Under the pieces are notes generated by a model. It worked only from the letters and a program-made list of their open reading frames with translations, searched no databases and was not told where the DNA came from. Of a stretch of 64,000 bases of DNA, positions 55,954 through 64,000 are shown piece after piece (the first letter of the stretch is position 1; each line of letters opens with the position of its first letter). Source of the stretch: Eledone cirrhosa (lineage: Eukaryota); NCBI GenBank assembly GCA_964016885.1, contig OZ024746.1, positions 88,598,001-88,662,000 on the forward strand, read 5' to 3'. The position numbers and the translations under genes were made by a program.

Positions 55954-57300
55954 ATAAAAATATATAATAAGAATAACTAAGGATGTATATAACATTAAGA
56001 ACCATATTACAAATATAGTCCAAAGCAACTAACCTAAAGCTAAACAAATGTGGTTATATAGAGCAGGAATTATATATAACATAATACATTATAATAATAT
56101 ACCTTTACCAACATTAAAATTACAATTAAAAATCAAAAGGTACAATATATACATGTATATATGTGCGCGCACACACACACACACACACATACAACAATAT
56201 GCACATCTATGTTCAACTACACAAATTAAGCCCTTTTAGATGTTTGAATATAAAAATAAGCATGATAAGAGTGAAATAATAATAATAGCAATACATCTAC
56301 CCAATATACATGAGGCAATAATATGATATAATTACAAGAGACACATATAATAAATAATAAACAATAAAATTATATAATTCAATATAATATAATAGATAAT
56401 CCCCGGATAATTTATACAAACAATATAGATGTCGCAATAATAATATAATGATAATATGTTAACAATGTACTAACATTTACAATAAACAATATATACAAAT
56501 CGATTCATACTGGGTTACAGAGTAAATGAGGAAAAATAAATTATACAATACTCAAAAAACACTATGATGGTACAGAAAAAATTATGATGGTACAGAAAAA
56601 AATATACAGAGATCTTACATGATATGTAAAGTCTAAATATCATAATGTTACATATAATGAACAGTAAGTAATAAGGATCAATATTACAACACTACAAAAA
56701 TACAGACATCTTACATGATATATAAAGTTTAAATATCATAATGTTACATATAATGAACAGTAAGTAATAAGGATCAATATTACAATACAATATAATATAA
56801 TATATTATATAAAATAAATTGACATAAAATAATATATAAATACTTATAATTACAAGGTTAGTAGACAGATATATGTGGATGTGTAAGTAAAGCCAGACAG
56901 TGAATAGTAAATAGAATATAAAATATAGAATAAAATAAATAAATATAATCAACCGGAAATTACAAAACAAAAACAAATATATACACATTTAGGTCTCACA
57001 TGCGGTTAAGTAGTTAGGTAAAAACTAAGGAAAACAATCACTTTAATTGACTCAAAATCCTATTTGATAAATTAATATTAAAAATATTAAAACTATCCAA
57101 TAAGGTAGTATAATATTAGCTGTAGTTTAAGTCATTAAAGTTTATAAACTTTAATGTTTCGTTACAAATGTTTACAAAAAGGAATGAAATTTGTTACTAT
57201 CATATACATAACGATATCTAAAAAACTGACTTAAGTAGAATTAAGGTAGGCTAATGGGGACAGAATTGAAGAAATATATGGAGGGTGCAAAGGGGAGTGA

Positions 57301-57420
57301 AGGCGTGTGGATGAGTGGTTAGAGAATTGTATTCGCCATCGTAAGGTTGTGAGTTCGATTCCTGGACCAGGCGATGCGTTATGTCCTTGAGCAAGACACT
57401 TTATTTCACGTTGCTCCTTC
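57301..57420 (+). mobile_element. Second tRNA-derived SINE family (CORE-like)
   Basis: GGCGTGTGGATGAGTGGTTAG A-box, GAGTTCGATTCC B-box, TGTCCTTGAGCAAGACACTTTATTTCAC CORE-like block. Confidence 0.75.
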
Positions 57421-58786
57421 TACCTGGAGTTGCGACCGATAGATAGTATTAGCAATTGGAAAGACCAACGGAAACATTGTTCCCTCGGTCCGATTTGACA
57501 AAAAAGTCGATCGTTCCTAAAAAGAAGGGGCATAAAATATAGTCGATATACTATAATAAATAATAGAACGGAGCGTAAAAGAGGGGGGGGGTAAATATAA
57601 TCATAGTCAATCTGGAGGGGTTGACAATAAGTTTATGTGCGCATGGGGGGAGGGGGAGGGGAGGGGAGGGGGGATCCAAAGATGAATCTGAATAAAATTA
57701 ATAATAAAATTAATAATAAAATTAATAATAAAAATAAGGATAATAATAAAATAAAGTAAATGGCGTAAAGTGTGTAATCTTATATATATTAACAAGGTGT
57801 AATAGTGAAAACATAGATATGGTACAGTAGCCAAATGATTATGAGAGCTAGAATAAAGAGTCATCAAAAACCAATGGTAATAATGATGATAACAATAATG
57901 TTGGCAAACAAAAGAACCTAAACTAAAAAATAAGTAATGGAATATATCTGCTAATGGGTGCAATTTGTACTACTAGAACGTTTTGGTTTATAATAAAAGT
58001 AAGAATTAGAAATGGCGTGGGGGCAAGAAGAGAATATCTCAGACTTTCTATTAAGTAAGGATACGCTAGAGAAAATTATAGCGTGTGTCTCAAGGATACA
58101 GAGATTACAAAACTTAGTATGTGTAGAAAGGTGGTTAGAGCGTGCTACTAAACGCCAGTTAAGGCGATATGGTATATAAGCTCCCTTAAGATCCCAGATA
58201 TAATGCGCTAAAGAAGTAGAATTCTTAAACCTAACATGTTTGAAGTTAGAGATATGAGAGTTAAACCTAGTCTTAAAAGTGTTTGAAGTAGATCCTATAT
58301 AAGTTCTATTAGAGGAATTAGTTACAACTTCGCAAGCGTAGACAATGTTCTTTGAAAGGCAGTTACCGTTTAAAGGGCAGTTAGCACTCACTCTACAATT
58401 GCACTTCCGGGTGTTATTGGTTGGCTCGAGTGGTGATGTATTACACGTAGGATTTATATTAGATAAGGACTGTTCTGGTGGTAAAGCATTGTCAGATCCG
58501 TTCAGACTAGTAGTATGTAGAGAGGAGAATCCATCCCTAATTTTTCTATTATTAGTGCTAGCTAAATGAGAACTAATATTAGAGGTGGTAGAGAATGAGA
58601 GTTTAATAACATTTTTATTAAAAATACCATGGTATTTATGAGAAGAGGGGAAATTTTTCTCTAAGATAGTGAAGAAAGACCTAGGGATATTAGTTGATAC
58701 ATCCTGATTATATGGCGGGTTGAAATAAGTATTTAATCGCCTTCTATTTTTATTCTTACCTAACCTATCTTTATCAAATGTCCCAC

Positions 58787-58960
<174 letters not shown>

Positions 58961-60615
58961 CATATGTGTGATTATGACGACTCATTTATTTGTTTATATA
59001 TTAATCTCTAAAGCGATCCCCCTGTGGCCTATTGAAATGTTACATTCATTGCTTTGATAAATGAAAGGTAAATGTGACATCTAATGATATATTGTTCCTC
59101 TTCTATAATGCTGCTTACAGACCGCATCTGTGAGATTCAAACATATATGTCATGACAATGCTATTGAGGAAAATCATGAAATAATGTTTGTTGTAAAGTA
59201 TCCTGGTGGTGTCTGGGTTTGGGGCGTAATTAATTTAGCTGTGTTTTATATGCTTGTTGATGTTGTTGTTGCGATCATGATTTACATTTCCTCATGCAAT
59301 TATGTGATGTTTCGATAATTTGTGTACTTTGCTTGAAATTATATGAAAGCTATGGCCATAAACTATATATTAAACTTCTGCTATGTGCCCTTCAGAGTAA
59401 CTCGCAATACTTGGCATTTCATAGCATAAACGATTCTAAGTCATTTCGATATAATTTGGGCCTGATGTAATATTGGATCTTTGTATATACAAATCCTCAG
59501 TTATATACATAACTAATATATTTTCTATGTGTCAGTAAATTCCATCTTTTCTTTTCTACATTTACAAACCTAATTTCATATTAATACAACAAGATTGACG
59601 GTGATTTTAAAGTAGCCTGTTATTTTGTTAATATACCCATTAAAATGCTTCGTTGAAAGCAGAGTTTAATTGAACTCATGCAAGCCTATTGATGATTCTA
59701 CCGATGCCTCATCTATTGCATGGATATCTGTTTCAGTATATTAAATATGTAAACAAATTACTGGGCCATCAAGTATGACATTTGTAGGTATTTCCAGAGA
59801 AAAAATAATATTACAAATGTCATACATGACAACCCAATAATTGTTTCCTCATGTATTCGCCCATAATCATGTTCTGATTAATGACATGCCAATAACAAGA
59901 CAATCAACCATGGACATGTTAAATATATTTAAATATTCACATATGCACAGTACACTCAGTAGGATGCTTTTATACAGATATTTCAGAAAAGAGGGCTTGC
60001 AAAGTTTGAGGTGTAGTGCAGGAAATATTTTGTTGTTTTAGCTTCTTCCCAAATGAATAATATTGATATAGGCGAAGGTTAAGGTTCTGAGACTCAACTG
60101 CTCTGTATACACGCAATCATTGGAGCATAGAGAATGTTTAAACAGGTAATTAAAATCCTAGTCATTTATATAGATACATACTATTGCCAGTGTCATTGAC
60201 ATCATGTAGAAAAGCAGGAATTTCAAAAGGATGTTATACTACAGAAAACACAGTATAAGGAGCAATGGTGAAAGTGAAATATTGAGCATATTATATATAA
60301 AAATATTTTGTTTAAGGTAATACATGTACAGGAAATACAAGCAAAAAAAGTTGTAAGATAAGATAGATGAAAGATATCATAGCATTGAAAAGCAGGTAAT
60401 ATTAAGAGTATATAATGCACAAGTTAATACAATTAATAAAGGCATGCATAAGGTATGTGTTATATAATAAATGACTCAAGCATATGTCATATAGAATGTA
60501 AACGCATGTTAAAAGTGTTAGAAATGTTTAAAACTTTAAAAAAGGCATGCAATATGTTAGAGAAATATGTGGCGATAAAATGGATAGATGTTGTGTAAAG
60601 TATAATGCAACAACA

Positions 60616-60720
60616 CGTAATTAAATTAGATAGGTAATTGCCATTCAAGAATTTCAATATTGGAATTAATATTAAATATTAAAATCGTGAATGGTAATTA
60701 CCTATCAAATTTAATTACGT
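60616..60720. repeat. ~105-bp imperfect palindrome
   Basis: ACGTAATTAAATTAGATAGGTAATTGCCATTCA mirrored by TGAATGGTAATTACCTATCAAATTTAATTACGT. Confidence 0.8.
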
Positions 60721-60740
60721 TTTTTTTTTTTTAATTATAC

Positions 60741-60860
60741 TGTCTGAGTTCCCAATCACGCCAAGTTTGCTTTTCATCCTTAAGGTGTCGATAACAGAAC
60801 GTACCAGTAAATCCTCTGGGGTAATTGCCGGCCAGGTGCCAAAAGTAGAAACAATTATTA
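60741..60860 (+). mobile_element. 5'-truncated diverged SINE
   Basis: TTTGCTTTTCATCCTTAAGGTGTCGATAA..GTGCCAAAAGTAGAAACAATTATT. Confidence 0.8.
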
Positions 60861-60884
60861 CTAAATATTTCATCTTCTTTTATT

Positions 60885-61400
60885 CGCCTAATCTTTCCTG
60901 AGAGGGTTGTGGGGGCAGGGACCTCAAACACTCCCTCCAGAGGCTACTGTCACCAAGCCATCAGGCTGGAATGCCAAGCGTGACTAGCCAATCTTTTGGA
61001 TATTATCCAACCATCTTGCTTGGGATCTATACCTGGGTCTCCTACCTATTGTTTTCGCCCTCTAAATCTGTCCAGCACTTCTTTTTTTGAGACATTCTAA
61101 CCTCATGCCCATAATATTGGAGCTGTGATCTCTCAATTTGGAGAAGTAGTAACTCTCTACCTTGAATGACTCTCTGATCTCGAGCTACGCACTTTATCGA
61201 AAAACGTTACTCCAAAGATCTTTTTAGAGGAACCCCATTTCGGCTGCTTGTATTCGCTATCGTATTAATCCGTTCATTACCGACGATTCATGACGATAAT
61301 CAAGGGTTTACACGAAAGCCGAATTGAAGACATCGAGTTTAGCATTTACACCTACCTCCATTCTCCCGATTACGTAATGATGTTCTAAATTGATACCCCA
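60885..61400 (-). mobile_element. RTE-like LINE 3' fragment (second copy)
   Basis: Shares GGAGCTGTGATC and TGACTCTCTGATCTC..GCACTTTATCGAAAAACGTTAC with 51005-51450. Confidence 0.75.
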
Positions 61401-61619
61401 CATTTAACTATCCATATGTGATCGTGTTAAAATTACATTCAAATAAATTTCAGTTTCATATTCCTTGTAGTATATTCTGCATGATTTGCCGAAATGTGCA
61501 TATGCTTCATTACGTCGATGAATCTGTAAGAAAAAAGGTTTTTGTGTCAGTATTTGTTCTGCTAAAGTTAAACATAATAAGAGGTGTATCACTGGGGATG
61601 GGAATATTTAAATTGTCCA

Positions 61620-62093
61620 TCTATATATATAAAGCTGTATGTGTATTGTGTGTGTTTCAGTTTGAATCCCTAACACTCGAGAAGTATCTAACTGATCTTT
61701 TTCAAACTTTACATGTGTATTACGTATGTTTCAGGGAGTTTTATACACATAACAAAATTCAACTTTTTTATCTCATAGGGCCCGCATTAGGTGAAAAACT
61801 GCGTTTTTTTCAAATTTTTAGGGTTTATTTTCAGGTGTTACGTCTAGACGATTTTCCCGAAATTTCAAGACATATTATGCACATAAAAAGGATTCATTTT
61901 CTTGATCCCCTAGGTGAAAACCTGCATTTTTCCTCCTTCATCGAAGAAAATTTTAAGGATTATCCAGCCATCAGAGTATTCGGTTTATTTTCTTTACATA
62001 TTGTCCAGGCATTCAGTTTTTCCACGATTAGGTCTGTTGGCGGCCCGCATTCCAAAATACATTATCCCGTGCAACGCCTGGTACCACTGCTAA
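61620..62093 (+). mobile_element. Non-autonomous Helitron
   Basis: A|TCTATATATATAAAG 5' end; 3' CCCGTGCAACGCCTGG hairpin-like motif then CTAA(T), a degenerate CTAG. Confidence 0.65.
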
Positions 62094-63808
62094 TTTATTA
62101 TATATTTATTTCAATTTATTATATATTCAAAAATATTTTAGTTTTATCTTGACATTGTTTAATATTTTCCTACATTCACTAAGATAAGTTTCATGTTGTT
62201 GATTATATATATCGTATATTCCAACGTACAAGTCGATCCATCTCATAGATCGACTCTTAAAATTATGAGGTGTAATTCAGGTTTAGGCATATATCGACAA
62301 GATAAAACGACCCCCAAATCTTATGCAGTACCATCTCCACATACCTAGCTGCGATTGCCATTCTTTGTTTGCATAAAATATAAAACATGGAAATAAATAC
62401 TACATAGATATAATATAAAATATTATTATAATCTCTAAGTTAAATAGACTTAACAAATATGAGATTCAATAGGAAGTAATTGTGTTGGGCTGCTAGAGTT
62501 ATGGTAGGTGGTGTATATGTATTGTTAGGCAGGCAGTTTCACTGTATGTCCCTCACTGAAAAAGATTCACATTTTATATTCGGTGGACACGTCGACCTTG
62601 GTTTTGGAGAGAGATTATTAGGCTCCATACGCTGGCATATATGGCACTTTACGAAATTGAGTTCGGAAAAAGAGAATAATGAAATCAAAAAAGATTTTTT
62701 TTTTAAATCATTGTGACAAATGACTTTTATGTGATCGCCATTTTGGATCAACAAGTGTCTATATAAGAACGGACACACTGATTGATCAACGAAATAACAT
62801 GTTTGAAAGGGAACAATGAAATTGCATTTTTACTGTAATGTTATTTCGACACGAGAAATGTTTGAGCAGAAATAATGGATTTATTTTTTTCTGAGTAAGT
62901 TTTAGAATGTGCGTGTATATATTTCCCCCATGCTTTATAGTGACAAATTCAAATAAAAAAAAAACATGCCTAAAGCCGAGCGTGCTCTTATATATATTAC
63001 TTAGAATGTTTTGCTGACATCCCAGCTGACTTAATTTGATGATCCATTACTCGTAAGAAAGTGAAATGAATGAAAGTTTCTCATTATCTTTGAGGTATTC
63101 GTGAATATTTCTTTCTTTATTGCACACAATTATTTTGACGCATGCATATATTTCTTTAGAATGACAGAGAAGTTTTGAAATAGATCAATACGTAGTAATG
63201 AAATTATAACGAGAAACATTGGTTTCTGCAGACATCTGTCATGTTTTCTTTAAAATGAATTGGAATTTGTTTTCGATCAGTGATTATAAGCAAGCATGCA
63301 ATCATGTATGCATATATTTACACATATACACGCAAATATATATTTATATTTGCATCAACAGATTCAGAATTTAGAAGTTATTTTATTGCACTAGTCTATG
63401 ATACACTAATGGAATACATTGTTGATTCGATCAGAATTTTATATAAACGTTCAAATGACCTATGATTGTATCACCCCATAAATTACGTATATCATTCGGA
63501 AACCTAGGTTTATGCAATGAACAAATATATGTGTTAATAATATTTATTTTGTTTCTTGTAGTTTCGTAAGTTTTCGCAAGTTTTTAACCGGAAACATATA
63601 CTAATACACATATACGCTTATTCACGCACTTGTGTGTGTGTGTGTGTGCGCGCGCGTGGGTGTGTGTGTATCCTGCAATGTAAAAGATACCGCATTTTGA
63701 AAACTATTTTGAAAACATTACTCAGATTCAAATCGTTATTTTCCCTTCTTTTCATTACATCAGTTATCGTTGTTAAAATACTTTTGTCGATATATTTACA
63801 AGTGTCAT

Positions 63809-63884
<76 letters not shown>

Positions 63885-64000
63885 CAGAGTCCAAAAAATC
63901 ATTAGATAAAATATATACAGTATTTCCTCCCCCAATAATTGTCTAATTTATATATATATTCCCTTCAAAAAGTATATCTATATATACAGGAACATTGTCA

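Noticed and set aside
57301-57375. tRNA gene
   Set aside because: A/B boxes are followed by a CORE-like SINE body and there is no convincing cloverleaf; it is a SINE head.
61418-62152. 244-aa ORF as a host gene
   Set aside because: It spans a non-autonomous Helitron and flanks, with no recognisable domain; likely a chance ORF.
63350-63517. Possible fossil giant HHR (ttgcat..GAAA-cctagg-TT..atgcaa); a similar hint at 12198-12281
   Set aside because: The core is too degenerate (CAACAGA; GAAA missing in the second) to support without a family consensus.

Overview
This is AT-rich, microsatellite-laden eukaryotic DNA with no intact host gene. The tRNA/Meta-domain SINE and the decayed C2H2 zinc-finger array suggest an octopus or other cephalopod (inference). 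It is mostly a transposon graveyard: Penelope-like elements (PLEs; several Naiad-type RT/GIY-YIG fragments plus a second GIY-YIG type), two copies of one Helitron (one with Rep N-terminus and Pif1 helicase, one internally deleted with an expanded 69-bp coding repeat), non-autonomous Helitrons, RTE-like, CR1-like and R4/Dong LINE fragments, a mariner fragment and about 16 SINE copies or fragments. The main signal is a dense set of type I hammerhead ribozyme (HHR) motifs, read by eye in about ten unrelated sequence families. Many have palindromic stem III, several have very long (50-100 nt) stem II inserts, and some have recurrent non-canonical cores (CAGAAGA, CAGUUGA, CCGAAGA). Many sit in short non-coding fold-back (palindromic) elements embedded in (TA)n microsatellites. 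Most ORFs in the supplied track are microsatellite artefacts. Coordinates are manual and approximate.
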